This document shows, in pieces, positions 38,114 through 47,148 of a stretch of 56,809 bases of DNA. The stretch's first letter is position 1. Every line of letters starts with the position of its first letter. Made by a program: the position numbers and the translations under genes. Below the pieces are notes generated by a model. It did not search any database. It saw only the letters and a list, made by a program, of their open reading frames with translations, and was not told where the DNA came from. Origin of the DNA: a virus (lineage: Duplodnaviria > Caudoviricetes); the IMG/VR virus record IMGVR_UViG_3300046170_000220, positions 1 to 56,809 of that record. One strand, written 5' to 3'.

Positions 38114-38854
38114 ATGGCTCAGATTAGCTCTATATCTCGCGTAGGCACTACTGAGCCATTCGAGCTTCAAATTTCCCGTGGTCAAATATCTGGCCACTCT
38201 GTTATTAATATATTTGGTTTTGCCACAGCTATTGGGACATCGTTTACCACACCTTGGGAACTAGCCAATACAAATGCATTGCCTTTAATTAGTGCTGCGT
38301 CTCAATTAGATGTTGCAAGTAGTGATGCAGGAGACACAACTCAGATTGTTCAATTGCAAGGGCTTGATGCTGACTACAATTTAATTACAGAGAACGTCTC
38401 TTTAAACGGTACAACAACTGTTACGACATCAAGCAGCTTTAAAGCAATAAATGGATTTATAACTATTTCTGGGAATTGTGCTGGGAATGTTACTGCAAAA
38501 ATTAGTACAGTTGTTTACGCTCAAATAACCGCTGGAACTGGACGCAACCAAGCTGCAATTTACACAGTCCCGGCTGGACATTCATTTTATTTATCTAGGA
38601 TTGATGCATTTTCTGCAACAGCTACTGGCGCAAGCAAGTATGTTACATTCTTAAATAAAAACACATTTAGTGATGGCCGTGTATTTAATGTAGCTGAAAC
38701 AACATTTGCCCAGCGTATGGATATAATGCGGGTGCTACCATTTAAAGTATCGGAAAAAACAACCGTTGAGTTTCAGGCAAAGCTTAACAGCACTACAGGT
38801 GAAGTTGGTATTTTTGGGGAGGGGTTTTTGGTTAAAGAGGAAGGGCCGCTTTAA
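38114..38854 (+). CDS. Putative structural protein
   Basis: PFELQISRGQI...YTVPAG; RBS. Confidence 0.65.
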   Translation: MAQISSISRVGTTEPFELQISRGQISGHSVINIFGFATAIGTSFTTPWELANTNALPLISAASQLDVASSDAGDTTQIVQLQGLDADYNLITENVSLNGTTTVTTSSSFKAINGFITISGNCAGNVTAKISTVVYAQITAGTGRNQAAIYTVPAGHSFYLSRIDAFSATATGASKYVTFLNKNTFSDGRVFNVAETTFAQRMDIMRVLPFKVSEKTTVEFQAKLNSTTGEVGIFGEGFLVKEEGPL

Positions 38855-39204
38855 TGACTAGTAAGTATCCCGGCGTAAAGCGCATTACCGGAGGTGGCAT
38901 TGAGTATAGAGGGAAGAAGTTCGCGGGGTTTAATAAGCCGCGCAAGTCGGACCGCGCAGGCAAGAAGGGCATGGTCCTCGCCAAAGAAGGAGAGAAGATC
39001 AAGCTCATCCATTACGGCGATTCCTCAATGGGACACAACTACTCTCCAGCGGCAAGAAAGAGTTTCAAAGCAAGACACGCCAAGAATATCGCCAAAGGAA
39101 AAATGAGTGCTGCTTATTGGGCAGACAAGAAACTATGGGCTGGTCCGGGTGGATCCAAGAAGTCACCGCCCAAATCACAGAAGCATGTAAAGAAGGGAAA
39201 GTAA
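38854..39204 (+). CDS. Lys-rich basic protein
   Basis: RKSFKARH...SAAYWA motif. Confidence 0.7.
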   Translation: MTSKYPGVKRITGGGIEYRGKKFAGFNKPRKSDRAGKKGMVLAKEGEKIKLIHYGDSSMGHNYSPAARKSFKARHAKNIAKGKMSAAYWADKKLWAGPGGSKKSPPKSQKHVKKGK

Positions 39205-39205
39205 A

Positions 39206-39880
39206 ATGGGCGCAGGTGGCGGATACCAACAGCCTATGGGCAAGGGCGGTGGATACCAGCAGCCGATGAGCTATGGGCAGCCTTACGGCGGCAAAGGTGG
39301 TCAGCGTTTCCCTCAGCAGGGGCCGACTGGCCCATACGTTACTGATGGTCAGTATAGGCCATCTATGCCTAATAGCGGTCAATCCCCTTATGGTCCATTT
39401 GGTGGCCCTCTGCCGGGTGGCATGAATTTTGGCAGACCGAGTGGCGGGATGTTTGAAGGCATCCGTGAGCGACCTGAATTTCAACCCGTGGCACAACCTG
39501 CGTTTCCTATGTTCCCAAGCGCGTATGACAGGGACCCAGCCAGCAATGCTAATATCGGTGTTCCTGCGTTTAGGGATATACCTGAATATAAAGCACTTCA
39601 GGATGCCAGACGCAGGCAAAGAGAGGAGATGCAGGGCTTAGAAAATGCCTTTAGGCAAACTGGTCAGTATCAGGATTATATGAGGGAACTCCCTCCAATG
39701 CGCGCCCAAAAAACTTCTTTTAATCAAGATCCGCGAGGAATGCCTTATTTTAATACTGTGGAGCTTGAGGGCTTTATGCCTCCGCGTAGAGGAGGTGATT
39801 TTGTTAAGAGGGCAAGGCCTCAGCCGATTGCAGACCCAGTAAAGGGTGGTATTCAACCAGCCCTTTTAACAAGGGGTTAG
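39206..39880 (+). CDS. G/P/Q/Y-rich low-complexity protein
   Basis: GGGYQQPM twice at the N-terminus; operon-coupled. Confidence 0.65.
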   Translation: MGAGGGYQQPMGKGGGYQQPMSYGQPYGGKGGQRFPQQGPTGPYVTDGQYRPSMPNSGQSPYGPFGGPLPGGMNFGRPSGGMFEGIRERPEFQPVAQPAFPMFPSAYDRDPASNANIGVPAFRDIPEYKALQDARRRQREEMQGLENAFRQTGQYQDYMRELPPMRAQKTSFNQDPRGMPYFNTVELEGFMPPRRGGDFVKRARPQPIADPVKGGIQPALLTRG

Positions 39881-39882
39881 TC

Positions 39883-40455
39883 ATGGGTATGGGTAGTGGA
39901 AACTTTGGCACCCTTATAGGTAATGTTGCTAACAAGGGCGGTGCTACTGGCGCTCCTGCTTATACTCCACTTCCATTTGGTGGTAAAGGCGCTCCAGCAA
40001 CATACGATAATTACAGGCCAAATTATTCATATGCGGCTGGCCCAAGCTATGGGAACACCCAGCTACCTTATAGCTCAGGGCCGTATGGGTCTAATTATAT
40101 CCCAACACCGGGCGGTGTATCATTTGGTCAAAAAGGCGGAACAATGAGTCCCGGATTTGCGCCACCATCTTATCGCCCAATGATGAGTACGCTTAAGTAT
40201 GGGCGCTACCCCGGATCTGGTGTTGGATATTATGACCCAACCCCGGAACCAAATTATAACCCAAGAGAACCAGTTTACTCTAACCCAAATCCAGTAATGC
40301 CAAATCCAGTAATGCCGAGTCCGGTAATGCCGAGTCCTTCGGTTAAAGGTGGGTCTGACATTCCGTATGTTGGTATTCCGACACCGCAGACTCCAAAAAT
40401 TTACTCGCCATACGAGCCATATCCGGGTTTCATACCCCATGAAAGTGACAACTAA
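39883..40455 (+). CDS. G/P/Y-rich low-complexity protein
   Basis: PVMP(N/S) three times; operon-coupled. Confidence 0.65.
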   Translation: MGMGSGNFGTLIGNVANKGGATGAPAYTPLPFGGKGAPATYDNYRPNYSYAAGPSYGNTQLPYSSGPYGSNYIPTPGGVSFGQKGGTMSPGFAPPSYRPMMSTLKYGRYPGSGVGYYDPTPEPNYNPREPVYSNPNPVMPNPVMPSPVMPSPSVKGGSDIPYVGIPTPQTPKIYSPYEPYPGFIPHESDN

Positions 40456-40655
40456 TGACTGAAAAAGTGGCAGTGACATTGGCTAGGTTAGAGGAGCGCA
40501 TAGGGCAGCTACAGGATGAGGTGCGCCATGTGCATAAAGAGGTGTCAGATCTAAAGGCTCAGGCGAATAGATGGAAGGGTGCCTTCTGGGTAATGATAGC
40601 TATTGGCGGCATAGCTGGAACGATAGCTCATTTGTTTATTGGGTGGATTAAGTGA
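40455..40655 (+). CDS. Coiled-coil plus single-TM small protein
   Basis: LARLEERI...WKGAFWVMIAIGG. Confidence 0.65.
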   Translation: MTEKVAVTLARLEERIGQLQDEVRHVHKEVSDLKAQANRWKGAFWVMIAIGGIAGTIAHLFIGWIK

Positions 40656-41131
40656 CTATATCTCGGTCGGGTATGGGCAGTCAGTTATGGGGTAATAAAA
40701 TGCCGTTAACTAAAAAAGGCAAGAAGGTCATGAAGTCCATGAAAGGGCAGTATGGCGAAAAGAAAGGTGAGCAAGTTTTTTATGCCACCAAAAACAAAGG
40801 CAAACTTAAAGGTGTCGATATGAAAAAAGCAAAGAAGTATAAAGGTGGCGGTGACCTGCTTGCCAACTTGTCCCCAGCCTACAGTCTGATGAAGGGCAAG
40901 GGCGTGTTTAATGACATGATCAAAGGTGGGGGCATTGCTGGCGTGTTAGCAAAGCAACTTGGCAAAGATGACAAAGATGATGCCGTGGCTTCAGCGGCAG
41001 CCCCTTCCGCAGGAAAACCTGCCGGGATGGCCGAGGCACCAAAGATGATGTATGGCGGCGGTGCTGTAAAGCGAAGCCGACCTATTGATGGCATTGCTAC
41101 CAAAGGCAAAACAAAAGGTCGTATGTGCTAA
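40652..41131 (+). CDS. Basic K/G-rich protein (start may be 40700)
   Basis: MPLTKKGKKVM...VFYATKNKG; C-terminal DGIATKGKTKGRMC. Confidence 0.7.
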   Translation: MTISRSGMGSQLWGNKMPLTKKGKKVMKSMKGQYGEKKGEQVFYATKNKGKLKGVDMKKAKKYKGGGDLLANLSPAYSLMKGKGVFNDMIKGGGIAGVLAKQLGKDDKDDAVASAAAPSAGKPAGMAEAPKMMYGGGAVKRSRPIDGIATKGKTKGRMC

Positions 41132-41283
41132 TGAAGCGTAAGTCAGTGACAGCCCCTAAAGGTTTTCATTGGATGAAGTCTGGCAGCGGGTTAAAGTTAA
41201 TGAAAAACCCAAGCGGTGGCTTTAAGCCTCACAAGGGCGCTTCCCTTAAGGCAGTCTTCCCCTTGCAAAAGGTTCATAAATAG
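41131..41283 (+). CDS. 50-aa basic protein (absent from the ORF track)
   Basis: MKRKSVTAPKGFHWMK...HKGASLKAVF; TAATG coupling. Confidence 0.6.
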   Translation: MKRKSVTAPKGFHWMKSGSGLKLMKNPSGGFKPHKGASLKAVFPLQKVHK

Positions 41284-41394
41284 ATGGCAAAGCAGGTAGC
41301 AAATGTTCGTATCCAACGGAAGCGGATTCGCCGTCCCGGTCAGCACAAAAAAAATGTCAATAAGCGAAACAAAGTTAAGCAATTCTTCGGTTAG
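41284..41394 (+). CDS. 36-aa basic peptide (absent from the ORF track)
   Basis: MAKQVANVRIQRKRIRRPGQHKKN...; starts right after the previous stop. Confidence 0.45.
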   Translation: MAKQVANVRIQRKRIRRPGQHKKNVNKRNKVKQFFG

Positions 41395-41493
41395 AGTTCA
41401 TTGCAAAAAATGTAACCGTTGCGGTCAGGAACTAAAGAGTGTGTTTGTCCACGGGCATGAGCAATGCGTGTCTTGTGGACAAGTTGTGTATGA

Positions 41494-41862
41494 TTGTTGT
41501 CAAGGAGAGGTTTCATGCGAGCAGCAAAAATGATGTGCGCTAGAAACAGGAAGAAGCCAATCGCAATGAAAGCTGGCGGCAATCCTGTAGCTAAGAGCTT
41601 ATCAAGTCCAGCGTTAAAGCCAAAGGTGATCAAGCCAAAGAAAGGTAAGGGGTCTTACGACAGGAAGGCCTCTTCCTTTAAATCTGGCGGCAAGTCAACA
41701 GTCAACAAGGCTGGCAATTACACAAAGCCAACTATGCGTAAAAGTTTATTCAACAAGATTAAGGCCGGTGGCAAAGGTGGTTCGCCCGGACAATGGTCTG
41801 CAAGAAAGGCCCAAATGTTAGCCAAACAATACAAGGCTGCTGGTGGTGGGTATAAAGACTAA
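41494..41862 (+). CDS. Basic protein
   Basis: NYTKPTMRK...GQWSARKAQMLAKQYKAAGGGYK; start probably 41515. Confidence 0.7.
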   Translation: MLSRRGFMRAAKMMCARNRKKPIAMKAGGNPVAKSLSSPALKPKVIKPKKGKGSYDRKASSFKSGGKSTVNKAGNYTKPTMRKSLFNKIKAGGKGGSPGQWSARKAQMLAKQYKAAGGGYKD

Positions 41863-42050
41863 TGGAAAAGCAAATTATAGCTGGATTGATGGCCGTGATG
41901 ATTGGTCTCGCGGGGTGGAACCTCAAGACAACACATGATTTAACCATTACTGTTAGCAACATGAAGGTAAGTCACGCGGACAAAAACGCCATCCAAGACA
42001 TGAAGATGGCAATTCAAAGGCTAGAATTACTTCTTTTGCAGGACCAATGA
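41862..42050 (+). CDS. Small membrane-anchored coiled-coil protein
   Basis: N-terminal TM segment; coupled. Confidence 0.55.
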   Translation: MEKQIIAGLMAVMIGLAGWNLKTTHDLTITVSNMKVSHADKNAIQDMKMAIQRLELLLLQDQ

Positions 42051-42223
42051 TTGAGTTTCTTCTTGTTGTTTATATGGGTCAGGGGATTATTAGCCAGACT
42101 CAAACATTTGAAGATCTGGACAGATGCTTATATTTTGCAAAGAGATTATCGGATCAAAAGCCAATTAAAGTAGAGGGGAGATCAGTGAAGATGATGGCAC
42201 TGTGCAAACCAGTGCCAAGATAG
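42047..42223 (+). CDS. 58-aa protein (absent from the ORF track)
   Basis: MIEFLLVVYMG...DRCLYFAKRL...CKP; ATGA overlap. Confidence 0.55.
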   Translation: MIEFLLVVYMGQGIISQTQTFEDLDRCLYFAKRLSDQKPIKVEGRSVKMMALCKPVPR

Positions 42224-42231
42224 GAAAAAAC

Positions 42232-42726
42232 ATGATTGCTGAAACGTTAGCAGGTATCGCACTTTTTAAAAGTGCTGTCAGCGGAATCAAAAGCGCTATA
42301 GGCACAGCTAATGATATTGGGGATATTGCTAGCTTTATAGACAATTTGTTTGAGGGTGAAAAACAGGTACAGCAAGAAAGAAGTAAAAAATCTGGTGTCG
42401 GTAGTGTAGGTGATCAATTTGGTGTAAAATCAGTAGCAACTGAAGTTATTAACGCAAAGATTGCACAAGAGCAAATGCGCGAGATAGCTTCGATGGTTGA
42501 CATGAGATTTGGCCATGGTACTTGGAAGGGCATAACAGAAGAGAGAGCAAAAAGAATAAGGGAAGCAAAGGAAGCTGAGGCCGCTGCCCGAAAAGAAATG
42601 ATTAGAAAAGCTAAAGAAACAGAAGAAACTATAAAGATGGTAGTCGGTACGCTTGCTATTGTATCTACCATAATCGGACTGTTTATATTTTTAATGATTT
42701 CAGTAGCCAAAGCAATTGTATTATAG
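42232..42726 (+). CDS. Membrane protein with coiled coil
   Basis: MIAETLAGIAL...RFGHGTW...C-terminal TM. Confidence 0.65.
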   Translation: MIAETLAGIALFKSAVSGIKSAIGTANDIGDIASFIDNLFEGEKQVQQERSKKSGVGSVGDQFGVKSVATEVINAKIAQEQMREIASMVDMRFGHGTWKGITEERAKRIREAKEAEAAARKEMIRKAKETEETIKMVVGTLAIVSTIIGLFIFLMISVAKAIVL

Positions 42727-42734
42727 GGAAGGTC

Positions 42735-42995
42735 ATGCCGTTAAAAAAATCTCAGAAAAGCCTGAAGGCTTGGACAAAGCAGAAGTGGACAACGAAGAGT
42801 GGGAAGCCCTCCACACAAGGGTCAAAAGCAACCGGAGAGCGTTATCTTCCGGCATCAGCTATTAAAGCCCTCTCACCAAAGGAATACGCGGCCACCACGG
42901 CTGCTAAAAGAAAAGGAACTAAAGCTGGTAAGCAATTCGTCCAGCAGCCTAAAAAGATACAGGCTAAAGTAAAGAAACATAGAAAGGTTAAGTAA
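42735..42995 (+). CDS. Basic protein (DUF5872-like)
   Basis: LKAWTKQKWTTKSGKPS...GERYLP. Confidence 0.65.
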   Translation: MPLKKSQKSLKAWTKQKWTTKSGKPSTQGSKATGERYLPASAIKALSPKEYAATTAAKRKGTKAGKQFVQQPKKIQAKVKKHRKVK

Positions 42996-43675
42996 TGGCT
43001 GTCGTTACACCAGATCTGCCAGAAATATTTGAGGAAGCGTTTGAACGCGCTGGTCTGGAGTTGCGGTCTGGTTACGACTTGAAGACTGCTAGGCGAAGCC
43101 TTAACCTATTAACATTGGAGTGGCAAAACCGTGGACTTAATTTGTGGACTATCGATGCTGGCACACAAGCTCTTACAGCAGGCACAGCAAGCTATACAAT
43201 GCCTTCGGACACTATTGACCTCATTGAGCATCAAGTCCGTCAAGGTACTGGAACGAATCAAATCGATACTAGCCTTGAGCGCATCAGCGTTTCTACATAC
43301 GCTCAACAAACTAACAAAAACACTGAAGGACGCCCTACTCAAATTTTTGTCGAGCGCTTGGCGACTTCTACGCAAGTTACTCTGTGGCCTGTGCCAGACA
43401 GTAGCAGCTATACTCTCGCGTATTACCGCCTTCGTGGAATCGATGGCCTCGCGTCTGGGGTAACAGGCACGGCTGATATGCCGCCAAGGTTCGTGCCTTG
43501 CTTGGCTGCTGGTCTTGCATACTACATTGCAAGCAAGAAGCCTGAGTCAACTGGCCGGGTACCAGCGTTAAAGCAAGAGTATGAGTTTCAGTTTGAGCTA
43601 GCGGCAGGGGAGGATCGTGACAGCTCATCTATTAAGTTTGTCCCTTATGATACATTCTACCTTGGTGGTGCTTAA
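42995..43675 (+). CDS. Head-tail adaptor/tail tubular-A-like protein
   Basis: EEAFERAG...TARRSLNLL...WPVPD...GLAYYIA. Confidence 0.65.
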   Translation: MAVVTPDLPEIFEEAFERAGLELRSGYDLKTARRSLNLLTLEWQNRGLNLWTIDAGTQALTAGTASYTMPSDTIDLIEHQVRQGTGTNQIDTSLERISVSTYAQQTNKNTEGRPTQIFVERLATSTQVTLWPVPDSSSYTLAYYRLRGIDGLASGVTGTADMPPRFVPCLAAGLAYYIASKKPESTGRVPALKQEYEFQFELAAGEDRDSSSIKFVPYDTFYLGGA

Positions 43676-43980
43676 TGTCTTACGCAAGGGGTAAGTACGC
43701 TTTTGGATTCTGCGACAAGACTGGGTTTAGATACCCATTAAGAGATCTTGTTGATGAATATAATAACGGAACAAGGACAGGATTCCGGGTGGGCAGAGAT
43801 GTTGTTGACCCGGATCAACCGCAAAACTTTTTAGGCAGGGTTAAGATTTATGATCCACAGGCTCTGCAAAATCCAAGGCCAGACACATCACATGATAGTC
43901 TGTTTGGCTTTAATCCTGTGGGCAACCCAGCCCAATACTTAATAGGACAGGTTGGAACTGTCCTAGTAACAACGAACTAG
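43675..43980 (+). CDS. Virion-module protein
   Basis: YARGKYAFGFCDKTGFRY...DPQALQNPRPD. Confidence 0.65.
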   Translation: MSYARGKYAFGFCDKTGFRYPLRDLVDEYNNGTRTGFRVGRDVVDPDQPQNFLGRVKIYDPQALQNPRPDTSHDSLFGFNPVGNPAQYLIGQVGTVLVTTN

Positions 43981-43989
43981 AGGTGCGTT

Positions 43990-44853
43990 ATGCCAGTTAA
44001 AATTAAAGAGCTAGACCCCAAAACAGGAAAGCCAAAAAAGAAAATGCCTTTGCCGAAGTCAAAGCCACGCTATGCTAACCCAAAGCATCCAATGAATACA
44101 GAACGTACCGGGCCGCTTCGCAAGGCTAAAGGTGGTAAACTTGAAATGGTAGAAAAGGGCGGAAAGAAAGTCCCATTCTTCGCCGCAGATGGAGTGGGTA
44201 AAATGGCAAAAGGCGGGTCTATGAAAATTAAATCAGGAGACACCCTATCTCAAATCGCTAAGTCAAAAGGCATCAGCCTGAAGTCTTTGCTTGCGGCTAA
44301 TCCAAGCATCAAGAACGCTAATAAGATTCGTGTTGGCCAGAGCATTAAGATTCCGGGTGCTGAGGCCGGTAAAGCAGCCAAGACCAGCAACCCATACAAA
44401 GGCATGAGCCGTGTGCAGATGGCCGATATGGATGTGAAGAACAAATCTGAAAAGCGTCAGCGCACAGCGACTCGCTCTATGCAGGCTCAAGCTAAGATGG
44501 GTGCTGGAATGACACCAACCCCAAGCAAGGCGGCGGCCACCAAGGAAAAGAAGTCAGGCCGTGAGGCAATGATGTCTAAGGCGCGTAAATTGCGTGATAG
44601 TAAAAAGGCTTCAAACACTCAGGTTGAAGTGTCTAAAGGCACCCCGGCCATGAACAAGACGGCTTCCCTAAAGAATGTGGCGTCATCAGAAAACAAGCGC
44701 CTTGAAGCTCTTCGACAAAAAGCTCGCAGCAGGGCTGACCGCAGAATGGGTGGCGGTACTATGAAGAAAAAAGTCATGGCTTACAATAAAGGCGGCGTGA
44801 TGCGCGGCACGGGCGCTGCCACCAAAGGCAAAGGCTTTTCTGGCTGCTATTAA
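43990..44853 (+). CDS. Basic LysM-domain protein
   Basis: IKSGDTLSQIAK...LLAANPSIKNANKIRVGQSIKIP. Confidence 0.85.
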   Translation: MPVKIKELDPKTGKPKKKMPLPKSKPRYANPKHPMNTERTGPLRKAKGGKLEMVEKGGKKVPFFAADGVGKMAKGGSMKIKSGDTLSQIAKSKGISLKSLLAANPSIKNANKIRVGQSIKIPGAEAGKAAKTSNPYKGMSRVQMADMDVKNKSEKRQRTATRSMQAQAKMGAGMTPTPSKAAATKEKKSGREAMMSKARKLRDSKKASNTQVEVSKGTPAMNKTASLKNVASSENKRLEALRQKARSRADRRMGGGTMKKKVMAYNKGGVMRGTGAATKGKGFSGCY

Positions 44854-44868
44854 TAGGAAGAAGTTCAA

Positions 44869-45501
44869 ATGAACTATTCACAACTTGTACAGGCTATTCA
44901 GGACTACACGGAAAATGACGAGACAACATTTGTCTCTCAGATACCAACGTTTGTCCAGCAGGCAGAGCAGCGTATTAATAGATCGGTAATGATACCGGAT
45001 CTAAGGAAGAACGTTGCTGGTGTTTTGACAAGCGGTAATAGGTTTTTGGCAACGCCCTCTGATTTCTTGGCTGTGTTTTCTCTTGCGGTTATTGATGCCA
45101 GTAATGATTACCATTTTCTTTTGCATAAGGATTTGAACTTTATCAGGGAAGCTTATCCAGCTACGGCAACGCAAGGGCTTCCTGTGCATTACAGCATATG
45201 GGACGACACATCTTTTGTTGTGGGGCCAACGCCTGATATAGACTATAATGTGCAGCTTCATTACTACTATGACCCGCAGTCTATAGTTACAGCATCGACA
45301 AGTTGGATAGGGGACAACGCTGATACAGTCCTTCTTTATGGTAGCTTGATCGAGGCATACACCTTCATGAAAGGTGACCCTGATATTCTCACACTGTACA
45401 CAACGCGCTATAATGAAGCATTGCAACAACTTGGGCAGTTGGGCGATGGAAGAAATAAACGCGATAACTATAGAGACGGAACGCCAAGGATTGAGATGTA
45501 A
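44869..45501 (+). CDS. Second adaptor/tail tubular-like protein
   Basis: MNYSQLVQAIQDYTEN...GPTPD...LLYGSLIEAY. Confidence 0.65.
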   Translation: MNYSQLVQAIQDYTENDETTFVSQIPTFVQQAEQRINRSVMIPDLRKNVAGVLTSGNRFLATPSDFLAVFSLAVIDASNDYHFLLHKDLNFIREAYPATATQGLPVHYSIWDDTSFVVGPTPDIDYNVQLHYYYDPQSIVTASTSWIGDNADTVLLYGSLIEAYTFMKGDPDILTLYTTRYNEALQQLGQLGDGRNKRDNYRDGTPRIEM

Positions 45502-45797
45502 TGTTTGAAGCCATAACAATGGACGTTCCTGAAAGCCCTATAGTAAGCGTTGGAACCACAAGCAATAGGGGTATGTCCCCAGAAGAGGTTGCGCGTTTAT
45601 GCGTTGACAAGCTGATGTCTGTGTCTGAAACGGCACCACCAGCAATTAAGGATCAGGCTCAAGCCTTTAAGTCTGATATGGAAAAGGTGGTAGCCTATTA
45701 TATGCGGCAAGCTATCAAGAGCGACAGAACTACCATTTACAACAAACTGATGGATGCTGGTCATCCTGAACTTGCCGAAGCGATAAGGAGACTTTGA
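45501..45797 (+). CDS. Hypothetical protein
   Basis: Coupled ORF in the tail module. Confidence 0.6.
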   Translation: MFEAITMDVPESPIVSVGTTSNRGMSPEEVARLCVDKLMSVSETAPPAIKDQAQAFKSDMEKVVAYYMRQAIKSDRTTIYNKLMDAGHPELAEAIRRL

Positions 45798-45798
45798 C

Positions 45799-46230
45799 AT
45801 GGCAATCACACAAGCAATGTGTACTTCCTTCAAAAAAGAACTGATGGAAGCAAAGCACAATTTTTTAGCCTCTGGCGGCAATACATTTAAGTTAGCTCTG
45901 TACACTAGCAGCGCTACCCTAGACGCCACCACAACGGCTTATACAGCGACTAACGAGGCAACCGGCACGGGTTATACTGCGACTGGTGCCGCGTTAACTA
46001 ACATTGACCCAACAACATCAGGAACAACAGCGTTTACTGACTTTGCTGACCTCACATTTAGCACAGCAACGATTACCGCTCGCGGCGCATTGATTTACAA
46101 TGACACCGCTGCTGGCGACCCATCTGTTATTGTGCTGGACTTTGGTGCAGACAAGACATCAACTGCTGGTGATTTTACAATTTCGTTCCCAACTGCTGAC
46201 GCATCTAACGCAATCATTCGTATTGCCTAA
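45799..46230 (+). CDS. Tail-module structural protein
   Basis: MAITQAMCTSFKKEL...FKLALYT...ARGALIYN...VLDFG. Confidence 0.7.
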   Translation: MAITQAMCTSFKKELMEAKHNFLASGGNTFKLALYTSSATLDATTTAYTATNEATGTGYTATGAALTNIDPTTSGTTAFTDFADLTFSTATITARGALIYNDTAAGDPSVIVLDFGADKTSTAGDFTISFPTADASNAIIRIA

Positions 46231-46242
46231 TAGGTATTAGGC

Positions 46243-47139
46243 ATGTCTAGCATTACCGGATGGGGTAGAGGCACTTGGGGTGAAGGCCCGTGGGGTGAAG
46301 CTGCCCCCGTAGTCGTAACTGGTGAATCTGCCACTGGTGCCGTAGGTAGCGTATCCGTATCTGGTGATGCTAACTCATCGGTTACTGGCGATTCAGCTAC
46401 AGGCGCTGTTGGGTCTGTAGTTGTATCTGCTGATGCTAATGTTTCGGTAACTGGCGAGCAGGCTGTATCTGGTATTGGGTCAGTTACTGTTACTGGCATT
46501 GCCAATGTAACCGTCACTGGTGAAAGCGCCACTGGCAATGTCGGCTCTGTAACTGTGGCGGCCAATGCCAATGTTCCTGTTACTGGGCTATCGGCAACGG
46601 GTAATGTTGGATCGGTAACGGTCACCGGAGCGGCGAATGTTTCGCTAACAGGAATATCCGCAACTGGCGCGGTTGGTTCTGTAACAGTTTCCGCCGATAG
46701 TAACGTAAGCGTTACTGGAGAGGTGGGTACATCTGCTGTTGGAAGCGTATCAGTAACAGCAGATTCAAATGTTTCAGTTACTGGTTTAGAGGCGACATCC
46801 TCTATTGGATCTGTGACGGTTACCGGTGACGCAATTGTTTCCCCAACTGGGCTGTCTGCTACTGGCGCTGTAGGAACTGTAACAGTTAAGTTTGGCGTTA
46901 TAGTTCTGCCAACAGGCGTTTCTGCCACTGGGGCTGTAGGCACAGTTTCAACATCTGCTGGTGCTGTTGTTAGTGTCACTGGCGTTTCTGCTACAGGAAG
47001 TGTTGGTGTGGTATTGGTGTGGGGTGAGATTGTGCCAAACCAAAATCCATCGTATAATACAATCAATAGCAGCCAGTCTCCGGGGTGGTCAGATGTTAAT
47101 AGCTCTCAATCCCCTACTTGGAACACAATAGCTGCATAG
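46243..47139 (+). CDS. Repetitive beta-rich structural protein (about 24-aa repeats)
   Basis: About 10 VTGxSATGxVGSVxVxxxANV repeats; GWGRGTWG N-terminus. Confidence 0.75.
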   Translation: MSSITGWGRGTWGEGPWGEAAPVVVTGESATGAVGSVSVSGDANSSVTGDSATGAVGSVVVSADANVSVTGEQAVSGIGSVTVTGIANVTVTGESATGNVGSVTVAANANVPVTGLSATGNVGSVTVTGAANVSLTGISATGAVGSVTVSADSNVSVTGEVGTSAVGSVSVTADSNVSVTGLEATSSIGSVTVTGDAIVSPTGLSATGAVGTVTVKFGVIVLPTGVSATGAVGTVSTSAGAVVSVTGVSATGSVGVVLVWGEIVPNQNPSYNTINSSQSPGWSDVNSSQSPTWNTIAA

Positions 47140-47148
47140 GAAAAAATT

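Noticed and set aside
46227-47066. 279-aa antisense ORF
   Set aside because: Shadow of the repetitive V/T/G/S/A gene on the plus strand.
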